A stretch of DNA of 50,406 nt. It comes from an uncultured Candidatus Peribacteria bacterium. GTDB lineage: Bacteria; Patescibacteriota; Gracilibacteria; BD1-5; JAGOOR01. Location of the stretch: positions 1 to 50,406 of the forward strand of contig CAZVRL010000002.1 in NCBI GenBank assembly GCA_964630285.1, given 5' to 3'. The first letter of the stretch is position 1. Each line of letters opens with the position of its first letter. The notes beneath the pieces were generated by a model. That model was not told the origin of the DNA. It worked only from the letters and a program-made list of their open reading frames with translations, and searched no databases. The position numbers and the translations under genes were made by a program. Positions 1 to 9,410 of this stretch are shown one piece after another.

Positions 1-268
1 CGCCTCAAGCATGAGCCTCCTCTTGCGAGGGCCAACTCACTTGCACCGCCGAGGGTTTTCCACTTGCGTATGTTACCATGCACAATTGTGAGCTCTTACC
101 TCACTCTTTTCACCCTTACCTACCGAAGTAGGCGGTATAGTCTCTGTGGCACTTTCCCGTCCTGATTGCTCAGGAGGCAGCCGTTAGCTGTTCGGTTTTA
201 TGGGGATTACTCCCCTATAGTGTCCGGACTTTCCTCTGTAGATTGCTCTACAGCACATATCTCCTTGG
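1..268 (-). ncRNA. rnpB: RNase P RNA (bacterial type A), 5' portion; the 3' part runs off the window start
   Basis: The reverse complement carries the universal CR-I block GAGGAAAGTCCGG (224-236), preceded by a P3-like hairpin CTGTAGAGCAATCTACAG. It also carries GGGTGAAAAGAGTGAGGTAAGAGCTC (about 90-118), the conserved GGGTGAAA..GGTAAGAGC block. No plausible ORF. Confidence 0.8.
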
Positions 269-292
269 GTTTTTGTATTATGAGATGTTTTT

Positions 293-949
293 CTATTTTT
301 GCAAAACTTCCTGCACAATATCATATATTCTCTCGACCTGCTCATCGATAGTGATATATGTGGTATCTATCTCATAGGCTCATTCTGGTTTTCTGAGTGG
401 GCCATCAGCACGAGTCATATCACGATTATCTCGTTCACAAATCTGCTTCAAGACTTCTTCTTCGGTAATCGTATCTCATTTTTTCTGAAGTTCGAGCCAT
501 CGACGATGCGCTCGTATAGAGGCGTTGGCTATGAGATATATTTTTACTTGTGCATTTGGAGCCCAAACAGTACCAGTATCTCTCCCTTCGAGAACATAAT
601 TATCTTTTTGGAGAAGTTTCTTTCCTGACTCTATCACGACATTTCGTGCTGGTTTTTGAGATGATATGAGCGAAGCATACACTCCTGCCTCTGCTGTACG
701 AATACGAGATTCATAATCTATGCCATTTATTTGCACAGCACCGAAGTGAGAAAAAGAAAGCTCAATACCCTCCACATCAGCATCAGTGAGATGTTCGAGA
801 TCTTTTTTTCGTTCATCGAGGTAGACTCCTGTTGCTCGATACATGGAACCAGAATCGAGATATTTGAATCAGAGCTTTTCAGCGAGTTTTTTCGCAGTCG
901 TTCATTTACCACTTCCAGCAGGTCAATCTATGGTGATAGTTATTGGCAT
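293..949 (-). CDS. cmk: cytidylate kinase
   Basis: Track ORF 476..844 extended in frame through 5 TGA. N-terminus [39 protein letters not shown] (G* = TGA) is the Cmk P-loop and LDSG motif. Ends TAG 293-295. Confidence 0.9.
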
Positions 950-950
950 A

Positions 951-1748
951 TTATTCACAGATTCTAAATGGTTCGATGATGGTACACTTTCTATTTATGA
1001 TTTCTACGTACATACCAGAGAGCACTCCTGCCCCGTGGTCATCTGGAGACATGAGTCACTTTTGGAGATCATCTATAAATCTATGTTTCACCGCTTCCCA
1101 CTCGACACCGATGATACTTCTTCGTGCACCAGCGAAGCCAAGATCATTGATAAATCCGAGTCCTTTTGGCCATATATCGGCGTCCGCTGTCTGCACATGT
1201 GTATGAGTTCCCCAGAGAAGTGAGGCTCGACCATCGAGATGATTTGCCATAGCATAGCCTTCAGACGTTGTTTCTTTGTGAAAATCTACGAGTATTGCTT
1301 CATACTCAGAAATATCTTTCTCCTTGAGGATATGATCTACTCTCTGATATGGGTTGTCACACGGACATTTATCACCCATAAATACAGTACCGATGAGATT
1401 GATAACCAGTATTTTCTTATCACCAAAGACAAACTCTCGGTGTCCTGTACCTGGCACATCTTCCCCTATGATATTATCTGGTCGTAGTTGATTTGAATTC
1501 TCTTGATTAAGATAATCACGGATATCTTCGCGAGAATCCAGTGTATGATTTCCACCAGTAAAAATATCAACCTTCTGAGTATTGAGCCATTCAATCTGAT
1601 TCATCCGTGGGCCCTTTCCGTGAGAGATATTCTCGTTATTGGCGATGACGACATCTGGGATATATTTCGCACGTAAATCTGGCAAGTATTTTGCCAATAC
1701 TCGACGTCCTACTTTCCCATAAATGTCTCAGAAAATCAGAAACTTCAT
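951..1748 (-). CDS. YmdB-like calcineurin-type metallophosphoesterase (2',3'-cyclic-nucleotide phosphodiesterase family)
   Basis: Track ORF 1056..1697 extended both ways through 2 TGA. Motifs MKFLIF-G*-DIYGKVGRR, NNENISHGKG, GGNHTLD and WGTHTHVQTAD match the family. Ends TAA 951-953. Confidence 0.75.
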
Positions 1749-1778
1749 AGGCGAAGTATAAGAAAAAACAAAAAGTTA

Positions 1779-1808
1779 CAAAAAATCCATCAATTGCTTG
1801 ATGGATTC
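1779..1808 (-). terminator. intrinsic terminator after the tRNA-Gly pair
   Basis: On the minus strand, hairpin ATCCATCAA-GCAAT-TGATGGAT is followed by TTTTTTGT. Confidence 0.55.
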
Positions 1809-1819
1809 TAGATTATTAA

Positions 1820-1896
1820 TGGAGCAGACAATGGGACTCGAACCCACAACCTCCGCCATGGCAAGGCGGCGCTCTAGCCAATTGAGCTATGTCTGC
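1820..1896 (-). tRNA. tRNA-Gly (anticodon GCC)
   Basis: Hand-folded cloverleaf. Acceptor GCAGACA/TGTCTGC, D arm GCTC-AATTGGCTA-GAGC, anticodon arm CCGCC-TTGCCAT-GGCGG, T arm GTGGG-TTCGAGT-CCCAT. Discriminator U, encoded CCA. Confidence 0.85.
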
Positions 1897-1910
1897 GTAT
1901 CTGATAGGAT

Positions 1911-1989
1911 TGGAGCGGGGGGCCGGGTTCGAACCGGTACCTCCAAGGGTTGAAGCCTTAGTGCTCTCGCTCATTTAAGCTACCCCCGC
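1911..1989 (-). tRNA. tRNA with anticodon UCA (reads UGA) and glycine identity elements; tRNA-Gly(UCA) of translation table 25
   Basis: Hand-folded cloverleaf. Acceptor GCGGGGG/CCCCCGC, D arm GCTT-AAATGAGCGA-GAGC, anticodon arm TAAGG-CTTCAAC-CCTTG (positions 34-36 = TCA), T arm ACCGG-TTCGAAC-CCGGC. Has G1:C72, C2:G71, G3:C70 and discriminator U73, with encoded CCA. Confidence 0.8.
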
Positions 1990-2029
1990 ACTACTCCACC
2001 TAACAAGGGAGAGTATAGAAAATATTTTA

Positions 2030-3244
2030 TTATTTCAAATTTTTCTCCACGATATACCCAAATTTCTTCTTTCCGACCTGCACAAGCTTCTTTTCCGCGT
2101 TCACCTGAATCATCATCTTTGGATCAGTGACGACGACTTCATCAAGTTTTACACCATTGGAACTGAGAGCATTGCGTGCTTCGGTCGAATTTCCGACCAT
2201 GCCAATTTCGCGAATAAGGGTCACAATAGGATATTCTCCCGCTGGATGCTCGTAGATTTTGATATCCTTATCTTCTGGACGTGCTCCACCAGCGATAGTT
2301 GCTTCGAAATACTTCTCCGCAGAATCGACAGCGTCTGAATCATGGTAGAGTCCGACAATCTCGCGAGCGAGTTTTTTCTTCACATCTCGAGGATGAGCTG
2401 TTTTGAGCTCTTTCTCTATACCGACAATATCCTCCATATCGACAGTCGTACAGCTCTGAAAATAAGGAATGATTTGGTCATCAGGGATTTCCATCACTTT
2501 CACAAACATATCATTTGCTGACATATCGAGAGAGATATAGTTCCCTTTTGTTTTGCTCATTTTCTCACCATCGGTTCCCATAATAAGGTCAAACATCATG
2601 ATATCCTGTTTTTCCATACCATGAGCTTCCATGAGAGTACGACCAGCCAGGAGATTGAAATATTGATCATTTCCTCCGAGCTCCACATCGCATGAACCAT
2701 ATTTTTTCGCAATTGCGACACTATCGTACCCCTGCATCATCGGATAGAGAAATTCCTGGAGACTGATACGGATACCAGCTTTGTAGCGTTTTGAGAAGTT
2801 ATCACGATCGAGCATCTCAGCCACTGAGAAATGCTTCGCGAGTTCCCCTACTCCACAGAAATTCACAGCATCGAGTCATTCACTATTGTAGTAGACTTCG
2901 ACTTTTTTGAGATCGAGAATTTTACCAAAGTATGAGAGATATTTCTCTGCATTTTTGAGTGTTTCTTCACGTCTGAGCATCGGACGTTCTGCATCTTTAT
3001 CGCTACTATCCCCTACTTGCGCGGTCGCATCTCAGATAAGAACGATTATCTCATGGCCGAGTTTTTGAAATTCTCGAAGTTTCAAGATAGGTACAGCGTG
3101 TCCTATGTGCACAATTGGAGCTGTAGGGTCGATACCAAACTTGATTCGAAGTTTTTTGCCACTTTCGAGGCGTTTTGTGAGATTTTTTTCATCGATAATC
3201 CGAGAAACTCACTTGGTGAGGAGGTTTTGAAACTGTTTTATCAT
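2030..3244 (-). CDS. tyrS: tyrosine--tRNA ligase with C-terminal S4-like domain
   Basis: Track ORF 2030..2866 plus an N-terminal part recovered through 3 TGA (3209, 3032, 2876). HIGH motif (PIVHIGHAV), [16 protein letters not shown] (the KMSKS motif). Ends TAA. Confidence 0.9.
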
Positions 3245-3278
3245 ACAGGTATTATGAGAAATATAGCCACGAATCAAG

Positions 3279-3689
3279 TTACTTTTTCGACGCAGTTTGG
3301 ATGATTTTCTGTATTTTTTGTATTTCTGGACTCAGTTTGAGAGCATTCTGGAGGCGATGAATCTTTGCCAGATTGGTTGAAATAGTTTTTTTTTCAAAAG
3401 AAAATGACGTACCACATCCACAACGAGACTCTATACTCTCGGAAACAAGGTAATATTTCCCTTTTGCTTTTGCGATTTGTGCACCATCGAGCTTCTGTGC
3501 AAATTCTGGCAAAACCCAAAAATGCATCCCATTATGCTCATCTGATACTATGCGTGCATCCTGAGTGGTACGTGGAGTAATCGAAATCTTTGAGCCAGCA
3601 CAACCAGCTGTGATAATATCTACGTTTACATCGACTACTCATTGAGAGAGGAAATCGGCACAAGTATGTTTGTCGAGACGGATAAGCAT
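3279..3689 (-). CDS. HesB/IscA-family iron-sulfur cluster insertion protein with a roughly 40-aa C-terminal tail
   Basis: Track ORF 3279..3527 extended through TGA 3639. Motifs AGCAGSK and the C-terminal CGCGTSF signature of IscA/ErpA. A lysine/glutamine-rich extension follows the signature. Confidence 0.6.
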
Positions 3690-3805
3690 GAAATATTGAT
3701 AACACCATCATAGACAAATTTGGGAAGAGTAAAGTGCCGTATAACCTCTTGCTTATGGGCTTTTCCAGATAGCATATACATATTATTATTCCTTAACAAG
3801 TTTCT

Positions 3806-4420
3806 ATGGTAAAAAGAAAGCGTCTACCCGTACTGAGTTCACTCATCCCAACTGTTATAGACAAAACTCCTTCTGGAGAGCGTGTCTATGATATCTATTC
3901 TCGCCTCCTCGAAGATCGCGTGATTTTCCTCGGAGAAGCTATCGACTCTATGGTTGCAAATACAGTTATTGCACAACTTCTCTTCCTCGAAAAACAAGAT
4001 GCAAAAGCACCTATCACCATGTATATCAATAGTCCTGGTGGTCACGTCACTGCTGGTCTCGCTATCTACGACACCATGCAATACATCAAGCCAGATGTCA
4101 TCACCGTAGCCGTCGGTATGGCAGCGAGCATGGGATCTGTCATCCTCGCGGGTGGAGCAAAAGGAAAGCGCTATGCCCTCCCTCATACAGAAATCATGAT
4201 TCATCAGCCTCTCGGTGGTGCAGAAGGTCAGGCAACAGAGATCCGACTCGCAGCAGAACATATTTTGAAAACTGGTTCAATACTCTACAAGATACTCGCA
4301 AAACACACAGGACAACCAGTAGAACAAGTAGAAAAAGACTGCGATCGCGATAATTTCATGGATGCCAAGCAGGCACTCAAATACGGCCTCATTGATAAAA
4401 TCATCAACAACGAGGCATAA
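3806..4420 (+). CDS. clpP: ATP-dependent Clp protease proteolytic subunit
   Basis: Intact 204-aa ORF with no TGA. Motifs [30 protein letters not shown] (catalytic Ser) and IMIHQPLGG. Confidence 0.95.
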   Translation: MVKRKRLPVLSSLIPTVIDKTPSGERVYDIYSRLLEDRVIFLGEAIDSMVANTVIAQLLFLEKQDAKAPITMYINSPGGHVTAGLAIYDTMQYIKPDVITVAVGMAASMGSVILAGGAKGKRYALPHTEIMIHQPLGGAEGQATEIRLAAEHILKTGSILYKILAKHTGQPVEQVEKDCDRDNFMDAKQALKYGLIDKIINNEA

Positions 4421-4441
4421 TTTATTTCTTTTATTCTCTAT

Positions 4442-5056
4442 ATGAAAAGATACTCTATTGAGTTTGTCGGTACATTCCTCTTTGTCGTCAGTATTATCGG
4501 CATCGTATACAACGCTTCAGCACTCGTCGCAATCCATATTGGTCTCGCTCTCACAGCTCTCGTCTATATGGGATGAGCTATTTCAGGAGCGCACTACAAT
4601 CCTGCTGTAACGTTTGGTGTATTTCTCAATAAAAAGATAGGTGCTCGAGATGCTGTTGGTTACATCGTGAGTCAGCTCCTCGGTGCCGTTATTGCTTTCC
4701 TCGTGATGACAAAAGGCCTGAACATCTCTCTCCCTCCAGTAGGATTATTCGGAGACACAAAAAGCTTCTTTATCGCAGAATTGATTTTCACTTTTGCTCT
4801 CGTAACAACAGTACTTCATACAGCCGTCAATCGACTCACAGCAGGCAATAGTTACTTTGGCCTCGCTATCGGTGCGATAGTCATCGTTGGTGGTGCTGCT
4901 GTCGGGAAAATCTCTGGAGGATTCTTCAATCCTGCAGTACTTCTCTGAGTTGGACTCTTTGGTATACCAACAAATGCCGTTATAGCCATCCTCGGTGGTC
5001 AGCTCGTTGGTACATTTAGTGCAGCATGGCTCTATCGCTACGTTATAGGCAAATAA
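4442..5056 (+). CDS. MIP/aquaporin-family channel
   Basis: Two NPA boxes: G-G*-AISGAHYNPAVT (TGA 4574-4576) and ISGGFFNPAVLL-G* (TGA 4946-4948). Six hydrophobic segments. Ends TAA 5054-5056. Confidence 0.85.
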
Positions 5057-5071
5057 GAGTTAAAAACTCAG

Positions 5072-5104
5072 AAAACCAGCTCAACTACAGAGCTGGTTTT
5101 TTTA
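5072..5104 (+). terminator. intrinsic terminator after the aquaporin gene
   Basis: Hairpin CCAGCT(C)-loop-(G)AGCTGG (5076-5096) followed by a run of T. Confidence 0.7.
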
Positions 5105-5150
5105 TGTTCAAATACTTGTAATCAAAGAGAGAATATGATAGATTAGTGGT

Positions 5151-6251
5151 ATGGATACTCCAAATCAAATCCCCTCTCTCACAGAAAAGCATAATGCGAT
5201 GATCAGTTACTGCTTTCTCGCACCTTTTATGCTCCTCTCTGGACAAGAACAATTTCGTAGCAATTTTGTCCGTAGTCATGCGCGCTACGGAAGTATTCTG
5301 CATATAGGCTTTCTCATTCTCATAGTTTCTTTTATTCGTTCGAGAAATTTCTCTTCTACCATCATCTACGATACAACATGGGTACACGGAATACTGTTTG
5401 TACTCTTTTTTATACTCTTATTTCTCCTCGGTAGCGGTATATACAGCGCGCTCAAAGGAGAAAGGCCACGAATAGCACTCAATGCTTTTTCAATTAAAAG
5501 CTTTGAAAAAGAGTTTTCAACTGAGATAACAGTCAGTATAGAAGAAAAAACACCTCTCATACTCTCCCATATACCATTTCTGGGCATATATCTCTCAGCA
5601 AAATATGGATGAAAGCTTGCAGAAGGAGAAAAGTTTGGTAACTGGTTATTTGTAGCACTTATCTCTGCTATCATGATTGATCCGAGTCTGACTCTCTTCA
5701 TTATCATGATTATTTTAGTCATATTTTGGCTCGTATATCAGTGAATCGGAACAGAAAAAGATACCACAGTACATCTCCTAGGTGATAAACTCTGGAATGG
5801 TGAAAAAATCCATATCTATACTCAGAGTATTATCAGCTATACCATTGCCCTCTTCCAGCATGAGAAAAATATGCCATCGTTTTCAAACATACACGAAGAA
5901 GTGGAAAAAAATTACAGAAAAAAATCGCAAGAAAAATGCTCGCCAATTGTTTATGTGCCTGTGATAAATCTCGTTCATCTGTTCAGATTCAGAAAAGAAG
6001 AATGAACAGAAAATACCAGGACACAATGATTGATACTAAGTATCATGGCTCTCTATGGTCTCTTATTCGGCAGCTTCTCTATTTTCTGGCTTGCTGTATT
6101 TGCATGATTCTGGTGATATAATCAGTGTCATTTTCAGAAAAATAGCTACATACCACTCATAGGTGAATGTGCTGATAATATCATACGTTTCATACAGTGG
6201 AAAAAGAAAAAAAGCACACCGGAAATAGTGCATCTCACTACTCACCAATAA
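5151..6251 (+). CDS. hypothetical polytopic membrane protein
   Basis: Track ORF 5151..5612 continues in frame through 6 TGA (5610, 5742, 6003, 6027, 6105, 6114) to TAA 6249-6251. Several hydrophobic helices. No family recognised. Confidence 0.55.
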
Positions 6252-6263
6252 TTATCCCATTCT

Positions 6264-6806
6264 ATGCAAAATCTCGCACGTATCATCCTCGAATCATTTC
6301 TTTTTGAGAAAAAAACACTCTCAGTAGCAGAACTCCAAAAAATACAACCACTCCAAAAGGAAAAGGGACCTGTATTTATCACTGTCAGGGATGGTGAAAC
6401 TATCGTAGGAAGCACGGGGAGGATTTATCCTGCTCATGATAGTATCGGAGAGGAATTAATAAATAATGTTATACTCCTCACGTCGGATCCACGTTTTCAG
6501 CCCTACATCGACAATCCAGAGAAAACAAGAAAACTCACTTACAGAGTCGACACATTTCATGATCAGGATAGACGCATACTTCATCACCCCGATGAATTAG
6601 AAAGCGAGCAAGAAGGTATGATTCTCCTCTGCCAAAAACAAGAAAAAGTAGGTATCATACTTCCCCACATGTTCAAATCAGCACTATCTGGAGAAGAAGT
6701 CTACCACCATCTCATCAAGAAAATAAATCTCGACATGGCACACCTCGGAAAAGGAGATGTCATCCTCTACGGAGTAAAAACACAAATATTTGAAGATAAT
6801 ATTTAA
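6264..6806 (+). CDS. AMMECR1-domain protein (tentative)
   Basis: Intact 180-aa ORF. GPVFITVRDGETIVGSTGRI resembles the AMMECR1 core (gaFVTl...LRGCIG). The call rests on motif memory only. Confidence 0.45.
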   Translation: MQNLARIILESFLFEKKTLSVAELQKIQPLQKEKGPVFITVRDGETIVGSTGRIYPAHDSIGEELINNVILLTSDPRFQPYIDNPEKTRKLTYRVDTFHDQDRRILHHPDELESEQEGMILLCQKQEKVGIILPHMFKSALSGEEVYHHLIKKINLDMAHLGKGDVILYGVKTQIFEDNI

Positions 6807-6825
6807 TTTATCTTCATAAATTCTG

Positions 6826-6852
6826 TTGCATTTTGTTTTTTGCTTTTATAAT
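6826..6852 (+). promoter_or_regulatory. candidate sigma-70-type promoter for the tRNA cluster
   Basis: TTGCAT (6826-6831), then a 15-nt spacer, then a perfect TATAAT (6847-6852) 18 nt upstream of tRNA-Ile. The spacer is shorter than optimal. Confidence 0.35.
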
Positions 6853-6869
6853 CACCGTACAATTAGTAT

Positions 6870-6946
<77 letters not shown>

Positions 6947-6962
6947 TTGTTTTAGTTAGTGT

Positions 6963-7039
6963 CGGGAAGTGGCGCAATTGGCTAGCGCACTGCGTTTGGG
7001 ACGCAGGGGTTGCAAGTTCGAGTCTTGTCTTCCCGACCA
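6963..7039 (+). tRNA. tRNA-Pro (anticodon UGG)
   Basis: Acceptor CGGGAAG/CTTCCCG. Anticodon arm CTGCG-TTTGGGA-CGCAG, T arm GCAAG-TTCGAGT-CTTGT, encoded CCA. Confidence 0.85.
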
Positions 7040-7087
7040 GATACTATTACATCCCAATTATTACTGAAAATGTAATTTTGGGAACAC

Positions 7088-7162
7088 GGCCCCATCGTCT
7101 AGCGGTTAGGACAGCTGGTTTTCATCCAGTAAATCGGAGTTCGACTCTCCGTGGGGTCACCA
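7088..7162 (+). tRNA. tRNA-Glu (anticodon UUC)
   Basis: Acceptor GGCCCCA/TGGGGTC. Anticodon arm GCTGG-TTTTCAT-CCAGT, encoded CCA. Confidence 0.85.
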
Positions 7163-7171
7163 TTCGCATAT

Positions 7172-7197
7172 AAAAAGAGCTCTCAGGGCTCTTTTTC
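7172..7197 (+). terminator. hairpin plus T-run between tRNA-Glu and tRNA-Ser
   Basis: AAAAGAGC-TCTCAGG-GCTCTTTT followed by T residues. Confidence 0.5.
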
Positions 7198-7205
7198 ATT
7201 AAGAA

Positions 7206-7293
7206 GGAGAGTTCGCATAGCGGTCTAGTGCGCACGCTTGGAAAGCGTGTAAGCTGAAAGGCTTCAGGGGTTCGAATCCCCTACTCTCCGCCA
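7206..7293 (+). tRNA. tRNA-Ser (anticodon GGA), long variable arm
   Basis: Acceptor GGAGAGT/ACTCTCC. Anticodon arm CACGC-TTGGAAA-GCGTG, variable arm AAGCTGAAAGGCTTC, T arm AGGGG-TTCGAAT-CCCCT, encoded CCA. Confidence 0.85.
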
Positions 7294-8114
7294 TGAACCA
7301 TACCAATTACTTATTCCCTGTGTTTTGATATCGGACATACATAACTATAGCCTCTCTTACTGTGTTTTTTTCAGTGTTTTTTAGTATTCCTACAAAATGA
7401 GAGACTGGGGATATAAGGAAGATAGCAAGCGAGTGCTATACATCAGAATTTCCTATACTCATGTATCATCACATACGCCCTTATGCAGATTTCACAAATG
7501 CCTCTGCACGAAATCTCTCCGTATCACCAGAAGAATTTGAAGAGCAAATGCAGTATTTCCAAGACAAGTGATGGCGTACTCTCAGCATGAGAGATATAAA
7601 AGGCAACACAGTACCTTGTAACAGTTTTCTCATAACATTTGATGACTGATATCATGACATATACAAATATGCAGCTCCTATTCTCAAAAAATACAGATAT
7701 ACAGGCATAATCAGTCTCATCCCAGCACATATTGATGAATCTGATTACATCTCTGGAGATCAAATAAGAGAATTGCTCCGAGATAATTGGACAATCGCGA
7801 GCCACACATGGAACCATCCGATTCTCACGAAAACGCCAATCGAAAAACTAGGAACAGAAATCGAGAAAAGCAAACACGATCTCGAAAAATGGTTCTGAGA
7901 ATCCATCAGCACATTTGTGTATCCCGGTGGATTTTATGATTCAGAAACACTCAAGAAGGTAGTGGAAGCAGACTACAAATATGGCTTCACAACGCATCAA
8001 GGCTATGCAAAGCTCGGAACAAGAAACCTCGAACTGAGCAGAATAAATATAGCACCAGGAACGAGTCCAGAGGTACTTGAAAAGATGCTAGAAAATCTGC
8101 AAATTAAGCAGTAA
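7293..8114 (+). CDS. polysaccharide deacetylase (carbohydrate esterase family 4, NodB domain) with N-terminal membrane anchor
   Basis: Frame open from ATG 7293 through 5 TGA. Hydrophobic [16 protein letters not shown], then PILMYHHI and LITFDD-G* (TGA 7647-7649 = the G of the TFDDG motif), then HTWNHP. Ends TAA 8112-8114. The start shares 1 nt with tRNA-Ser and is uncertain. Confidence 0.8.
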
Positions 8115-8709
8115 AATTTGCTTCTACCTGAGCCCAATTGATGACATTCCAAAATGATTTTATGTATTCAACTCTCTTATTCTGATGTTTGAGATAATAA
8201 GCATGTTCCCAGACATCGAGTCCTAAAATAGGAGTCAATCACTCACTCAGTGGTGAATTTTGACCAGGAGTAGAAGTTATAACGAGGGTATTATTTGCAT
8301 CTCGACAGAGCCATGCCCACCCAGATCCAAATACGCTGAGTGCTTTCGCAGAAAAAGTCTCTTGGAATGATTCAAAGCTACCAAAAGCAGCATCAATCGC
8401 AGGGGCGATAGTTCCTGTCGGTTTATCTCCATTATTGAGAGCGAGAATCGTCCAGAAGAAACTATGATTGATATGACCTCCGAGATTATTGATAACCCCT
8501 TGTTTTTTATCCGCTGGAACTTCATCCAAATGCTGGAGAATTTCGAGGGGTGAATATTTCTCTAGTAAGCCAGTATCTTTGAGTAAATTGGTATAATTAG
8601 TGATATATGTCTGATGATGCTTGCTGTGGTGAATCTCCATGGTAAGTGAGTCAATATGAGGCTCAAGCGCATCGTATGAATAGCCAAGTGTAGGGAGAGA
8701 ATGGTCCAT
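8104..8709 (-). CDS. Fe/Mn superoxide dismutase
   Basis: Track ORF 8239..8709 extended through TGA 8239. Motifs [27 protein letters not shown] and [11 protein letters not shown]. Ends TAA 8104-8106, an 11-nt convergent overlap with the deacetylase. Confidence 0.9.
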
Positions 8710-8711
8710 AA

Positions 8712-9020
8712 TTATTGAGTAAAGAAATAAAGGTTTTTTGAATCAACGAGTGTATTTTTTGTGTCGAAATAAACTCACTCTTCTGCAAGTATACGTTGTT
8801 TCTCTGAAACTCAAAAAGCATACCCCCCGATAGTGCCATCTGTTTTTATGACACGATGACACGGTACCTGTGGTGCATGAGGATTTCTGGTGAGGGCTTG
8901 TCCAATAGCCTGAGCACTTTTACAACCTATAAAGTCTCAGAGGATTTTATATGTTGTCACTTTCCCTTTTGGAATGAGAACAAGTGCTCCGTACACTTTT
9001 TGCTGAAAAGGAGTCACCAT
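8712..9020 (-). CDS. ogt: methylated-DNA--protein-cysteine methyltransferase, single-domain form
   Basis: 102 aa recovered through 3 TGA. Motifs VYGALVLIPKGKVTTY, active-site PCHRV, GGYAF-G* and AEE-G*. Ends TAA 8712-8714. Confidence 0.8.
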
Positions 9021-9026
9021 AGTAAA

Positions 9027-9368
9027 TTATTTACCTCTCGGCATACCATAAAAATCGAGGCCTTTCTGATCCACCATAGATTTGGTGTGAAAATTCTTCT
9101 TTTTTCCTTTTTTAAAAAACCCACGCTCATCAACTATGCCTATTTCCAGGAGAGACTGAAAACTCTTTGACGGGAGTTTTTTCTTTGGCCAATTTTGTTT
9201 ATTTTCGTAATAATGTTTACGCTTTTTGAAAGACTGATTACTTCGTGTCTGAGCATTTTCACTCCCCATGTACACCTGATAAACAGTTTTTTTTACATTC
9301 TTTGCTAAACGACGAGCCTTCGCTTGAGCTTTTACAACAGATCATTTGAGTCAGTGCTTATTTGCCAT
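9027..9368 (-). CDS. hypothetical lysine-rich basic protein
   Basis: Track ORF 9027..9275 extended through 2 TGA to ATG 9366-9368. About 30% K/R. No family recognised. Confidence 0.4.
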
Positions 9369-9410
9369 ACAAGAGTATGGTATAGAAACAGCAAAAAAAT
9401 CAATGAAAAA

